Positions 18,270 through 27,752 of a DNA stretch of 64,000 bases are shown piece after piece. Source of the DNA: an uncultured Chloroflexia bacterium (GTDB lineage Bacteria; Chloroflexota; Anaerolineae; Promineifilales; UBA4811); assembly GCA_963707345.1 (NCBI GenBank), contig CAVPPE010000003.1, forward strand, positions 512,072 to 576,071, written 5' to 3'. The notes below the pieces were generated by a model. That model was given only the letters and a program-made list of their open reading frames with translations, ran no database searches and was not told the origin of the DNA. Position numbers and translations under genes: made by a program. The first letter of the stretch is position 1; each line of letters opens with the position of its first letter.

Positions 18270-19568
18270 ATGTCAAAGTACATCATTCGACGTCTGGGAT
18301 TCATGTTGCTGACCATGTTCATGGTCTCAATAGCCGTCTTTTTAATCTCGGAGGCGGCTCCGGGAGACGTAGCGCGCCACATTCTGGGGCAGTTTGCCAC
18401 CCCTGAACAGGTCGAATTAATGCGGGATCAGATGGGCCTTGATGAGCCGTTGTACGTTCGCTACTTTGATTGGCTGGTTGGCAACGATTGGCGGGTGGAT
18501 AATCTGGTGGGGTTGCCCCTGACCCAGGCTGAGGTTGGTAGCTCGCAAGAGGTGGGCTGGTACGCCCAGGCGCCAGATGGTACCTTGAAGCAGTGGAAGA
18601 TGAAGAAGGAGGGGTTGGTCGAGATTCGTGTCTCGCTGGATGGCAGCCGGAATGAGTTGCCGTTTGACAACTGGCAAATGGATGACGATGGTAACGAAAT
18701 CTTTTGGGGGGTAGATACGGCCAGCCACGTGGTTTTGTGGCAAAAGGACGCCGAGATACGAGAGACGGGAGCGGCTTCGGCCGGGCGGGCCATGACGGAG
18801 GCGAGTGGCCAGCAATACTATCCCATCCGGAAAGGCTTGCTGCGCGGCGATCCGGGTGTTTCGCATCGCACCGGCCGGCCGGTGGGCCCAACGCTCGCCC
18901 GGCGCGTGCGCAACTCGTTCACCATGGCTGGCATCGCCTTTCTCATCATCATGCCCGTCGCGCTGGTTCTTGGCATTGTGGCCGGCCTGCGCGAGGGGCG
19001 GGCGGCCGATCGCGCGATTTCGGTTCTCAGCCTGGTCACCACCTCGATCCCTGAATTCGCCAGTGGCGTATTCCTCATCCTGGTCTTTGCCTTTTGGCTA
19101 GAACTGTTGCCGGGTGCAGCCATCTTTGTCAACGACACGGCCCCGTGGCAGGAACCCAAGCTGCTCATCTTGCCGGTACTCACGCTCACCCTTGTCGAGG
19201 TGGGATACGTTGCTCGGATGACCCGCGCCAGCATGGTGGAAGTCATGAATGCCCCCTACATCCGTACCGCCTTTCTAAAAGGGCTGCCTTACCGACGGAT
19301 CGTCATCAAGCATGCCCTCCGCAATGCCCTGATGGCTCCTATTACTGTCATCATGCTGCACGTGAACTGGCTGGTGGGCGGCATTGTGGTGGTAGAATCG
19401 GTGTTTGGCTACCCGGGGTTGGGCCTCTACCTGCTCGACTCGGCCCTGTTCAAGGATGTAAACGCCATTGAGGCAGGCGCCATGCTGATGGTGGCACTGG
19501 CGGTCGGCACTCAGTTGATTGCTGACGTTCTCTACACGTTCCTCAACCCGCGCATTCGGTACACCTAA
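18270..19568 (+). CDS. ABC transporter permease (DppB/OppB/GsiC-like) with a large extracytoplasmic loop insertion
   Basis: MSKYIIRRLGFMLLTMF is a typical OppB N-terminus and the C-terminal permease core is present. About 115 extra residues lie between YFDWLVGN and LLRGDPGVSHRTGRPV. Confidence 0.88.
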   Translation: MSKYIIRRLGFMLLTMFMVSIAVFLISEAAPGDVARHILGQFATPEQVELMRDQMGLDEPLYVRYFDWLVGNDWRVDNLVGLPLTQAEVGSSQEVGWYAQAPDGTLKQWKMKKEGLVEIRVSLDGSRNELPFDNWQMDDDGNEIFWGVDTASHVVLWQKDAEIRETGAASAGRAMTEASGQQYYPIRKGLLRGDPGVSHRTGRPVGPTLARRVRNSFTMAGIAFLIIMPVALVLGIVAGLREGRAADRAISVLSLVTTSIPEFASGVFLILVFAFWLELLPGAAIFVNDTAPWQEPKLLILPVLTLTLVEVGYVARMTRASMVEVMNAPYIRTAFLKGLPYRRIVIKHALRNALMAPITVIMLHVNWLVGGIVVVESVFGYPGLGLYLLDSALFKDVNAIEAGAMLMVALAVGTQLIADVLYTFLNPRIRYT

Positions 19569-19577
19569 GGAGGAGCT

Positions 19578-20450
19578 ATGGTTCAGTCCGGCGAAAAAAG
19601 TCAGCGAGTTAGCGCCCTGCGGCGTCTGTGGGAAAATGTATCCGCGTTGAGCAACTCACGCGTGGCGATGGTGGGCCTGGCACTTGTGCTCTTTTGGGTC
19701 CTGGTGGCGATTTTTGCTCCACTCATATCTCCCTATGACCCGTTGGCACAGGATTCATCGGCCATCAATCAGGCCCCATCACAGCAGTACATTCTGGGCA
19801 CGGACAACCTGGGGCGGGACATCCTTTCTCGCCTTGCCCACGGTAGCCGCACCATCCTGTTATTGGCCCCCCTTTCCGTGCTGGCCTCGGTAGTGGTGGG
19901 GGCTTTTCTGGGGCTGGTGGGCGGTTATTTTGGCGGTACCGTGGATGAAGTGGTGATGCGCATCCTGGATGCCATCATGGCCTTCCCCACCATTTTGCTT
20001 TATCTGATCATCATCTCGGCAATTGGCCCCTCGGCAATCAACGTGGTGGTGGCGATTACCTTTGTAGGCGCGCCGGGCGTGGCGCGTCTGGTGCGCAGCC
20101 TGACGCTGGACATCCGCACCCGTGACTATATCCGCGCGGCCGAAACCCGGGGCGAAAACCCATTCTATATCATGTTCCTGGAGATTCTGCCCAACGCCCG
20201 CGGCCCCATCATCATCGACTCGATGCTGCGGGTGGGGTATGCCATCTTTTCCATCGGTACATTGGGCTTTTTGGGGTTGGGGCTGCCGCCGCCAACCCCC
20301 GACTGGGGCGGGATGATCAGCCAGGCGCGTAAATTCATCTGGACCAATCCGCTGGGCGTCCTGTGGCCGGCGCTGGCGATTTCTAGCCTGGTGGTCGGGC
20401 TCAACCTGTTTGCCGATGGCTTGCGTGAAGAGTCAACCAGGTATCAGTAA
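19578..20450 (+). CDS. ABC transporter permease (DppC/OppC/GsiD-like)
   Basis: 290 aa, RBS AAGGAGGAG. ILGTDNLGRDILSRL motif and binding-protein-dependent transport inner-membrane signature. Confidence 0.9.
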   Translation: MVQSGEKSQRVSALRRLWENVSALSNSRVAMVGLALVLFWVLVAIFAPLISPYDPLAQDSSAINQAPSQQYILGTDNLGRDILSRLAHGSRTILLLAPLSVLASVVVGAFLGLVGGYFGGTVDEVVMRILDAIMAFPTILLYLIIISAIGPSAINVVVAITFVGAPGVARLVRSLTLDIRTRDYIRAAETRGENPFYIMFLEILPNARGPIIIDSMLRVGYAIFSIGTLGFLGLGLPPPTPDWGGMISQARKFIWTNPLGVLWPALAISSLVVGLNLFADGLREESTRYQ

Positions 20451-20462
20451 GGGAGTTTGAGC

Positions 20463-22563
20463 ATGAATATCGGCACACACAAACCTCAAACCCCAATCCT
20501 GGACGTGCGCAACCTGGTGATTGCTTATGAGACGCGCAAGGGCGATGTAAACGCGGTGCGCGATGTTTCGTTCCAGATCAACCGGGCGGAAACGGTGGGG
20601 ATTGTGGGCGAGTCGGGGTGTGGCAAGAGCACGGTGGCATTTGGCATTGTCAACTTTTTGGGGCGCAACGGCCGTATTGTGGACGGCCAAATCATGTTCC
20701 AGGGACAGGACCTGGTCGGCCGGTCGCCGGAAGAGTTGCGGCGCATCCGCGGCGATCGAATTGCCATGGTCTATCAGGACCCCATGCAAGCCCTCAACCC
20801 GTCCATGCGGATTGGCGATCAGATGTCGGAAGTGCTGATTGTCCACCGGCAGATGAAAAAGGCCGCGGCCGAGGCCAAATGCGTGCAGATGCTGGATCAG
20901 GTCAAGATGCCCGACCCGGCCAGCGTGATGCAGCGATTCCCCCACCAGATCTCTGGTGGGCAGCAGCAACGGGTGGTGATAGCCACGGCGCTGCTGAATG
21001 ATCCGGCGTTGCTCATCATGGACGAGCCGACGACGGCGCTGGACGTGACGGTGGAAGCGGCCGTGTTGGACCTGGTTGGCGAGTTGCAGCGCGAGTTTGA
21101 TACCGCCATCATGTACATCAGCCACAACCTGGGCGTGATTGCCCGGGTCTCCGACCGTCTGGCGGTGATGTATGCGGGGGAAATGGTGGAACGGGGCGCG
21201 GTGCGCGACGTCTTTCTGCGGCCGTTCCACCCGTACACGCAGGGGCTGCTGCGTTGCGTGCCTCGGCTGGGCATGGACAAGCGCAGTAGCTTTCTCTATC
21301 CCATCCCCGGCCGGGTGCCGTCGCCCAAAAACCTGCCACCGGGCTGCGTCTTTGAACCCCGGTGCAGCTTTTCCCGGCCGGAATGCAGCCAGCGTCCGCC
21401 CGAACTGCGCGAAGTGGAGCCGGGTCACTGGGCGCGCTGTCTCTTTGCGCAGGAGATTCGGCAGCAGGGGTGGCAGCCCCCGGCCGATATCCTGGAAAGC
21501 CTGGTGGCCCCGGCCGAGGCCAAGGAAAAGGCTCCCATCCTGCAGGTGGACCACGCCAAGACCTATTACGAAGTTCCCTCGACGCAGCTCTTCGACCGGA
21601 AAAAGCTGTATGTCAAGGCGGTGGACGACGTCAGCATTCAGGTCAAGCCCGGCCAGACGCTGGGTATTGTGGGTGAATCTGGCTGCGGAAAGAGCACGCT
21701 GGTCAAAACCATCATTGGCATGGAGCCGCCCACCGGGGGCGAGTTCGAGTTCATGGGGGTTGACATCTCCAACCCGGTCTCCAAACGAGGAATGGAGATC
21801 ATCAGCAACCTGCAGATGGTTTTCCAGAACCCCGAACTCGACGCTCAACCCCTCGTTCACGGTTGGGCAGCAGATTGCCCGGCCGCTGCGCCGCTTCAAT
21901 ACGGTACCCTCCGATCAGGTCCGCCAGGAGGTGATTCGCCTGTTGGGGATGATGAAGCTGGGCGAGCGCTACTACGACCGGCTGCCACGCCAGCTAAGCG
22001 GCGGCGAAAAGCAGCGGGTAGGTATTGCGCGTGCCATCGCCGGCCGGCCGGAATTGGTGCTCTGCGACGAGCCGGTTTCTGCGCTGGACGTCTCGGTCCA
22101 GGCGGCCGTGCTCAACCTGCTGATGGAAATCCAGAAAGAGTTGGGCACCACGATGATCTTTATTGCCCACGATTTGAGCGTGGTCCGCTTTTTCTGCGAC
22201 CACATTGCGGTGATGTACCTGGGCCAGATTGCCGAGATTGGCCCGGCCGAGGCGATCTATGCGCCGCCCTATCACCCCTACACCGAGGCGTTGCTCTCGG
22301 CCGTGCCGATTCCGGACCCGTCGGCCGCGCAGAAGCACATCCGCCTGGAGGGCAACGTGCCCAGCGCGCTGCGCCCGCCGGCCGGTTGCCGTTTCCACAC
22401 CCGCTGCCCGCGCCGCAACCTGCTACCGGATGGCGGCCGGGTCTGCGAGAGCGAGACGCCGCCCTGGCGAGAGGCCGGCAACGGTCACCGGATCTTTTGT
22501 CACATCCCACTGGACGTGTTGCGGCAGATGGAAGCGGTGGTCACCACGCAAGAGATGCCCTAG
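20463..22563 (+). pseudogene. Fused double ABC ATPase (GsiA / DppD-DppF fusion type), frame broken by a 1-nt insertion near 21831-21834
   Basis: Two Walker A sites (both GESGCGKST), two signature motifs (SGGQQQRV, SGGEKQRV) and two oligopeptide-transporter C-terminal Cys motifs. The frame changes inside MVFQNP|NSTLNPSFTVGQQIARPL, within the run AACCCCG. Confidence 0.85.
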
Positions 22564-22586
22564 TTGGCTGCAAGGAGAAGTGCGAC

Positions 22587-23243
22587 ATGTTTGTAAAGGA
22601 TTATATGACTCGCCACCCGCTAATCGCGGAGCCAACCATGCCGGTGCTGGAAGCCCAGCGGTTTATGGGAGAGAACAAGGTTCGGCATTTGCCAGTAGTT
22701 GGAGATGGCAAACGCCTGCTCGGTCTGGTAAGCCGCCAGTCCTTGATGGTTGATCCCGGCAAACTGGGCAGCTTTAATCTATGGGAGATTGCCAGCTACA
22801 TGTCCGACCTGCGGGTGCAGGACGTGATGGTCAAGGCGGAGAACGTGTTTACCGTGCAGCCAAATGCAACACTAGAGGAAGCCACCCACATCATGGTGGA
22901 TCATCGGGTGGGGTGTTTGCCGGTAATGGAAAACAACGTCGTGGTCGGCATCATTACCGAGATTGATATGCTGGTCCATCTGTCCAACCTACTGGGTGGT
23001 CATGTGCACGGGGTGCGAGCAACGATCCGCGTCCCGGACCGCATTGGTGAGTATGCCAAGATCACCAACGCCGTCGCCAGCCGGGGATGGGGCATTTATG
23101 CCAGCGGCAGCGTGCAATCACCCAAGAATCCGGAATCTTGGGACGTGGTGATCAAGGTACGCAATGTACCTAAGGAACTGCTCGCGGCCGCGTTGATGAG
23201 CGTTGAGGAACAGGAACTGATCGACATCCGCGAGACGTCCTAG
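22587..23243 (+). CDS. CBS-pair domain protein with C-terminal ACT-like domain (AcuB-like)
   Basis: MFVKDYMTRHPLIAEPTMPVLEA...VRHLPVV and a second CBS (VQDVMVKAENVFTVQP...HRVGCLPVM). ATG at 22587 after AAGGAGAAG. The ORF-track 928-aa ORF is read-through of the upstream frame. Confidence 0.85.
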   Translation: MFVKDYMTRHPLIAEPTMPVLEAQRFMGENKVRHLPVVGDGKRLLGLVSRQSLMVDPGKLGSFNLWEIASYMSDLRVQDVMVKAENVFTVQPNATLEEATHIMVDHRVGCLPVMENNVVVGIITEIDMLVHLSNLLGGHVHGVRATIRVPDRIGEYAKITNAVASRGWGIYASGSVQSPKNPESWDVVIKVRNVPKELLAAALMSVEEQELIDIRETS

Positions 23244-23269
23244 CCCGGCCGCCATCTGTTCATCTGTTT

Positions 23270-23300
23270 CAGAACCCGGCTGTACCAAGGCCGGGTTCTG
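23270..23300 (+). terminator. Possible weak terminator hairpin after the CBS gene
   Basis: 11-bp stem CAGAACCCGGC/GCCGGGTTCTG (23270-23280 with 23290-23300). The downstream T-tract is poor. Confidence 0.35.
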
Positions 23301-23314
23301 TCTGGGAGCCAGTT

Positions 23315-24307
23315 ATGCCGCTAGTCGATGAGTTTGTCGCCATGTTTGGGGTCTGGGAAGAGGCCGGGCCGTACCTGACGCTGATGTTCTCTGAACAGGA
23401 GATGCAACTGATTGTGCGCATGGCCGGCCGCACCCTGTCAGCCGATGAACTGGCGGCCGAGATCGCCCTGTCGGTCGCGGAGGCCGAACCGTTGCTGGAT
23501 AGCTGCTATCGGCGCCGGTTGATGGACCGCGCGTTGCGAGACGGCGTGCCAGTTTTCACCTCCACCGATCTGTACCGCTTCTTGAATCACTTTGCGCGCT
23601 ATGAGCGCTGGGATGAGATTCCGCCCGCCGGCCGCCAGTCGCTTGATCGGCGCTTTCTGGCCGAGTTTATCGCCCGCGTCCGGCCGGGAGTGGAGGGCAA
23701 ACTGTCCGGCCGGTTGACGGGCAGCGCTCTCCCCAATGACGCCGTCATGTTGCTCCATGAAGTGGATGCGATGCTGGACGCCGCGACTGACATCGTGGTC
23801 CAGCCATGTGATTGCCGCCGTTTGGCGCAAAACTGCGACCGGCCGGTGGAGGTCTGCATCTGGCTGGACGACGGCGCGCGGGATGCGCTGGCGCGCGGTC
23901 ACGGCCGGCAACTCACCCGCGAGGAGGCCAAGGAGCTGGTGCGCTGGGCGGACAAAAAGGGGCTGATGCACACGGCCGACAGCGACTGGCACAACCGTGG
24001 TCTGCACGCCATCTGCAATTGCTGCGGTTGCGATTGCTATCCCTTCCGCGCTGCGCGGGAGCTGGGCAGCGAACATCTTTGGCCCCAGCGACGGTATGTT
24101 GCAGCTTACGACCCGGCCGCCTGCTCCGTGTGCGGCCTCTGCGTCCAGCGCTGCCATTTTGAAGCCTTTTTCCACGACGGCACCACGGCCGAGGTCAAGG
24201 GCAAGAGCAAGCTGGTGGTCCACTACGATTCCGGCCGCTGCTGGGGGTGCGGGTTGTGCGCCAACGCCTGCCCGGCCGCTGCTATTGTGATGGAACCGCT
24301 GGATTGA
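23315..24307 (+). CDS. Cys-rich Fe-S protein with C-terminal 2x[4Fe-4S] ferredoxin domain
   Basis: 330 aa. Unusual CNCCGCDCYPF cluster, then CSVCGLCVQRC and CWGCGLCANACP ferredoxin motifs. I do not recognise the N-terminal 200 aa. Confidence 0.75.
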   Translation: MPLVDEFVAMFGVWEEAGPYLTLMFSEQEMQLIVRMAGRTLSADELAAEIALSVAEAEPLLDSCYRRRLMDRALRDGVPVFTSTDLYRFLNHFARYERWDEIPPAGRQSLDRRFLAEFIARVRPGVEGKLSGRLTGSALPNDAVMLLHEVDAMLDAATDIVVQPCDCRRLAQNCDRPVEVCIWLDDGARDALARGHGRQLTREEAKELVRWADKKGLMHTADSDWHNRGLHAICNCCGCDCYPFRAARELGSEHLWPQRRYVAAYDPAACSVCGLCVQRCHFEAFFHDGTTAEVKGKSKLVVHYDSGRCWGCGLCANACPAAAIVMEPLD

Positions 24308-24316
24308 GGGGTAGGG

Positions 24317-24874
24317 ATGGAACCCTGGAAAACGCTCTCGCGCAAAACCATCCTGGACCACAGTAAATTCCTGCGTGTGGAAGAACATGTGGTGCAACTG
24401 CCGGACGGCCGGGTCATCCCGGACTGGCCCTGGGTGATTGCGCCGGATTATGTTAATGTGGTTATACTGACGGAAGACCGCCGCTGGGTGTTGTTCCGGC
24501 AGGTCAAATACGGGGTAGATGGCACCTCGCTGGCCCCGGTGGGCGGCTATCTGGAGCCGGACGAGGACCCGCTGGCGGCCGCCCAACGGGAGATGCTGGA
24601 GGAGACCGGCTACGCGGCCGACCGGTGGGTCAGCCTGGGGCGCTTTCGGGTGGGGGCCAACCGGGGCTATGGGATGGCCAACTTTTACCTGGCGCTGGGA
24701 GCCCGCCGGGTGGCCGAGCCGGACGCCGATGACCTGGAGGAACAGCAGTTGCTGCTTCTGACACGGGTTGAGGTGGAGCAAGCGCTTGCGACCGGCGGAT
24801 TCAAAGTGCTGGCGTGGGCTTCCATTGTGGCATTGGCATTGCAGCATCTGGATAGGCATGACCCGGATTGTTGA
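24317..24874 (+). CDS. NUDIX hydrolase (ADP-ribose pyrophosphatase-like)
   Basis: Nudix box GGYLEPDEDPLAAAQREMLEETGY. Confidence 0.85.
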   Translation: MEPWKTLSRKTILDHSKFLRVEEHVVQLPDGRVIPDWPWVIAPDYVNVVILTEDRRWVLFRQVKYGVDGTSLAPVGGYLEPDEDPLAAAQREMLEETGYAADRWVSLGRFRVGANRGYGMANFYLALGARRVAEPDADDLEEQQLLLLTRVEVEQALATGGFKVLAWASIVALALQHLDRHDPDC

Positions 24875-26289
24875 CCTGCTGGCGGTGCCGATTGCCGGTG
24901 CATATTACACGGAGGACCTGGCTGCGCTGCAGGCCAGGCCGATCCCGCTGGAGGCGCGCTACACGGCCGAGGCGGTCACGGCAGGCTTTCACGCCGTGCG
25001 ACAGGTGGCGGAAGGGGTCTCCGTGGGGCTGGTGCTCGAACTCGGGCCAGGTGGCCTGGGGCGACTGCGTGGCGGTGGCCTACAGCGGCAAGGCCGGCCG
25101 GGAGCCGGTCTTTTCCAGTCAGGCAGGAATGACCGCCATCCGGGAGCGGGTTGCTTCGCTGCTGATTGGGCGTTCGCTGACCAGCTTTCGCGAGTTGGCG
25201 GCCGCGGTGGACGCGCTGACAGAAGAGGTGACGGTAGAGCGGCCGGCCCCACCGCCAGAGTTGGCCGATGAAGACCCCATCATCCGGCCGGAGATGTCCC
25301 GCCGCGAGTTGCTGACGGCTCCGGCCCGCTTTCTCCGCGCGGTGCAGCAGGAGGTGGAGACGGAATCCGGGCCGGCGATGGAGCAAGTGCTGCTAACCCG
25401 GCCGCTTCATCCAGCCGTCCGCTACGGTGTCAGCCAGGCGCTACTGGCGGCCGCGGCGCAAGCGCGCCACCGGACCATGGCCGAGGTGATTTGCCAGGAG
25501 TGGGGCCTGCCCCGGCCGGTGGCGCTGGTTCCCATCCACGCCCAATGCGGGGGTGATCGCTACCACGGGGCGGACAAGATGATCGTTCGGCGAGTAACCT
25601 CGTTGCCTCACGCGCTGGTTGACGATATCCCGGAGCAGTTGGGCTCCGACGGGGGCAAGCTGGTGCAATACGTCCGCTGGCTGGCCGGCCGCATCCGGCA
25701 ATTGGGCGGCCCCAATTACCGGCCGACGATCCACATCGACGTCCACGGCGCGCTGGGCAAGATCTTTGACAACCAGCCAGGCAGGGTCTTGGGCCAGTTG
25801 GGCGCGCTCGAAAAAGCGGCGCAGCCCTATCCGTTACGGGTCGAATGCCCGGTGATGCTGGACAGCCGCCAGGCGCAGATGGACGCCATGCGCACCTTGC
25901 GCGACTATCTCCGCTTTCGCAAGTTTTCCGTCCAGTTGGTGGCTGACGAATGGGCCAACACGCTGGACGACATTTGCGCGTTTGCCGCGGCCGGCGCGGC
26001 CGATATGATCCAGATCAAAATGCCCGACCTGGGGGGCATCCACAACGCGGTGGACGCCGTGCTGGTTTGCAATGCGGCCGGGGTGGAGGCTTTCCTGGGG
26101 GGGAGTTGCGCCGAAACCGACCTCTCCGCCCGGGTTTCCGTACACCTGGCGCTGGCCGCACGGCCGGCGATGGTGATGGCCAAACCCGGCATGGGGGTGG
26201 ATGAGGCGGTGGTGCTGGCGCAAAACGAGATGGCCCGCACCCTGGCCTGGCTCCAGGCGTCGCCGGCCGGGGATTGGCATTTGACATAA
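24858..26289 (+). pseudogene. mal: Methylaspartate ammonia-lyase family enzyme (enolase superfamily), frame broken by a 1-nt insertion near 25044-25048
   Basis: N-terminus MTRIVDLLAVPIAGAYYTEDL...VSVGLVLELG lies in frame 0 and continues as QVAWGDCVAVAYSGKAGREPVF in frame +1. The C-terminus ADMIQIKMPDLGGIHNAVDAVL...AKPGMGVDEAVVLAQNEMARTLAWL matches MAL hallmarks, including the QIK catalytic lysine context. Confidence 0.85.
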
Positions 26290-26303
26290 TCAGAAAGGCA
26301 ACT

Positions 26304-27752
26304 ATGGACACCAACTACACGGCTCACCAAACTCCACAATTTCGCGTTCTGTCAGACCAGCAGATCAACAGGCTTTACCAGGCTACCCTGGAATGCCTCA
26401 ATCGCACTGGTGTCAATGTGCTGAATGCCGAGGCGCGCGAGCTGCTGGCAGCGGCCGGCGCGCGCGTGGATGGGGTGCGGGTGCGGATTCCGCCGCACAT
26501 TATCCAGGATGGGGTAGCCGCCAACCCGCGCTCCTTTACTCTCTGGGGGCGGGATGGCAAACCACGCATTCAGGTGGTCCCCGGCCGGGTACACTTTGGC
26601 CCCGGTCCCACCTGTACCTACTACGTGGACCCGGAGACCGGCGAGCGTCGCAAGACACGCCGCGGCGACCCGGCGCAAACCGCGCGTGCCTGTGATGCGT
26701 TGGATAACATTGATTATGTCATGTCGCTGGGATTGATTGACGACGTGACCTCCTCGCTGGCCTCAGTGTACGAGTTTGCCGAAATGATAGCCAACACCGT
26801 CAAGCCGGTGCTGGCCTGGGCATTTGCCCCCGACCAGGTGTCGGACATCTACCAGATGGCGGTGGCGGTGGCGGGAGGGGAGGAGACGCTGCGCCGCCGG
26901 CCGTTCCTGGCCTTTTTCTCCACCTTTCAATCGCCGTTGGTGCTCACCCAGGAGGATATGGCCAATGTCTTCCGCGCGGCCGAGCATGACCTGCCGATCG
27001 TATTCCTCGGCGGCGGCTCGCTGGGCCAGACCGGGCCGGTTACCGGTGCCGGCCTGATCGTCACCTATTTGGCCGGCGCGCTGGCCGGCCTGGCAGCCAT
27101 CCAGTTGAAAAAGCGGGGCACGGCCGTTTGCATTGGCGGGGTGCCACAAGCCATGGATCTGCGCACCGGCCGGATTGCCTATGGCTCCCCGGAGATGAGC
27201 CTGCTCAGCGCGGCCATGTCCGATATCTCCCGCTGGCTGGGGGTGCCGTTTATGGGCACGGCCGGCGCGTCCGAGGCCAAGCTGGTGGACGTGCAGGCGG
27301 CTATCGAGAGCACAATGCAGGTGGTCTTTTCGCTGCTCAGTGGCGCAACTTTGGTGCACGACGTGGGCTTTTTGGACTGCGCTGACATTGGCTCGCTGGA
27401 GATGTTGGTGATGAGCGATGAGATCATTGCCATGTCCCGGCGAGTCATGCGCGGGGTGGAGGTCAGCGATGGCACCCTGGCGCTGGAGCTGATAGATCGG
27501 GTTGGCCCAGGCGGCGAATTTATGTCTACTAAAGAGACGGCCCGGCTCTGCCGGACGGAGATCTGGACCCCCACCGTGCTGGACCGGGATTCGTGGGTGA
27601 GCTGGGAGGCGGCCGGGGCGCAGACCGCGCACGACCGCATCCGGGCCAAGTTACGCAAGATTCTGGCCACACACCGGCCGGAACCCCTCCCGGCCGGCGC
27701 GCAGGAGCAGATTGATGCCATTTTGTGGGCAGCCGAGGAGCGCGAAGTATGA
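26304..27752 (+). CDS. MttB-superfamily methyltransferase, non-pyrrolysine (paralogue 4, subfamily B)
   Basis: LSDQQINRLYQATLECLNRTGVNV aligns with paralogue 2. ATG at 26304, just after the MAL stop (26287-26289). Confidence 0.9.
   Translation: MDTNYTAHQTPQFRVLSDQQINRLYQATLECLNRTGVNVLNAEARELLAAAGARVDGVRVRIPPHIIQDGVAANPRSFTLWGRDGKPRIQVVPGRVHFGPGPTCTYYVDPETGERRKTRRGDPAQTARACDALDNIDYVMSLGLIDDVTSSLASVYEFAEMIANTVKPVLAWAFAPDQVSDIYQMAVAVAGGEETLRRRPFLAFFSTFQSPLVLTQEDMANVFRAAEHDLPIVFLGGGSLGQTGPVTGAGLIVTYLAGALAGLAAIQLKKRGTAVCIGGVPQAMDLRTGRIAYGSPEMSLLSAAMSDISRWLGVPFMGTAGASEAKLVDVQAAIESTMQVVFSLLSGATLVHDVGFLDCADIGSLEMLVMSDEIIAMSRRVMRGVEVSDGTLALELIDRVGPGGEFMSTKETARLCRTEIWTPTVLDRDSWVSWEAAGAQTAHDRIRAKLRKILATHRPEPLPAGAQEQIDAILWAAEEREV

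Noticed and set aside
20457-23243. 928-aa ORF that looks like one giant ATPase-CBS fusion protein
   Set aside because: After residue ~459 the translation becomes Arg/Pro/Gly-rich nonsense, while the +1 frame (21835-22563) carries the rest of the second ABC domain. The CBS protein has its own RBS and ATG at 22587. The long ORF is chance read-through of a GC-rich out-of-frame stretch following the frameshift.
23438-24859. Long antisense ORFs opposite well-supported genes, e.g. 23438-24859(-), 14971-16257(-), 27179-28894(-), 20433-21899(-), 53371-54948(-), 33376-35208(+), 56070-57989(+), 40535-41764(-), 46071-47093(-), 47885-49015(-), 49040-50242(-), 50733-52019(-)
   Set aside because: Their translations are Arg/Gly/Pro/His-rich with no recognisable motifs. 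Each lies opposite an ORF with clear family signatures. This is the typical shadow-ORF effect of scarce stop codons in GC-rich DNA.
11723-27752. Possibility that the MttB genes are pyrrolysine-containing (in-frame amber codon)
   Set aside because: All four ORFs are uninterrupted from start to stop with no internal TAG. No pylTSBCD-like genes are visible in the window.
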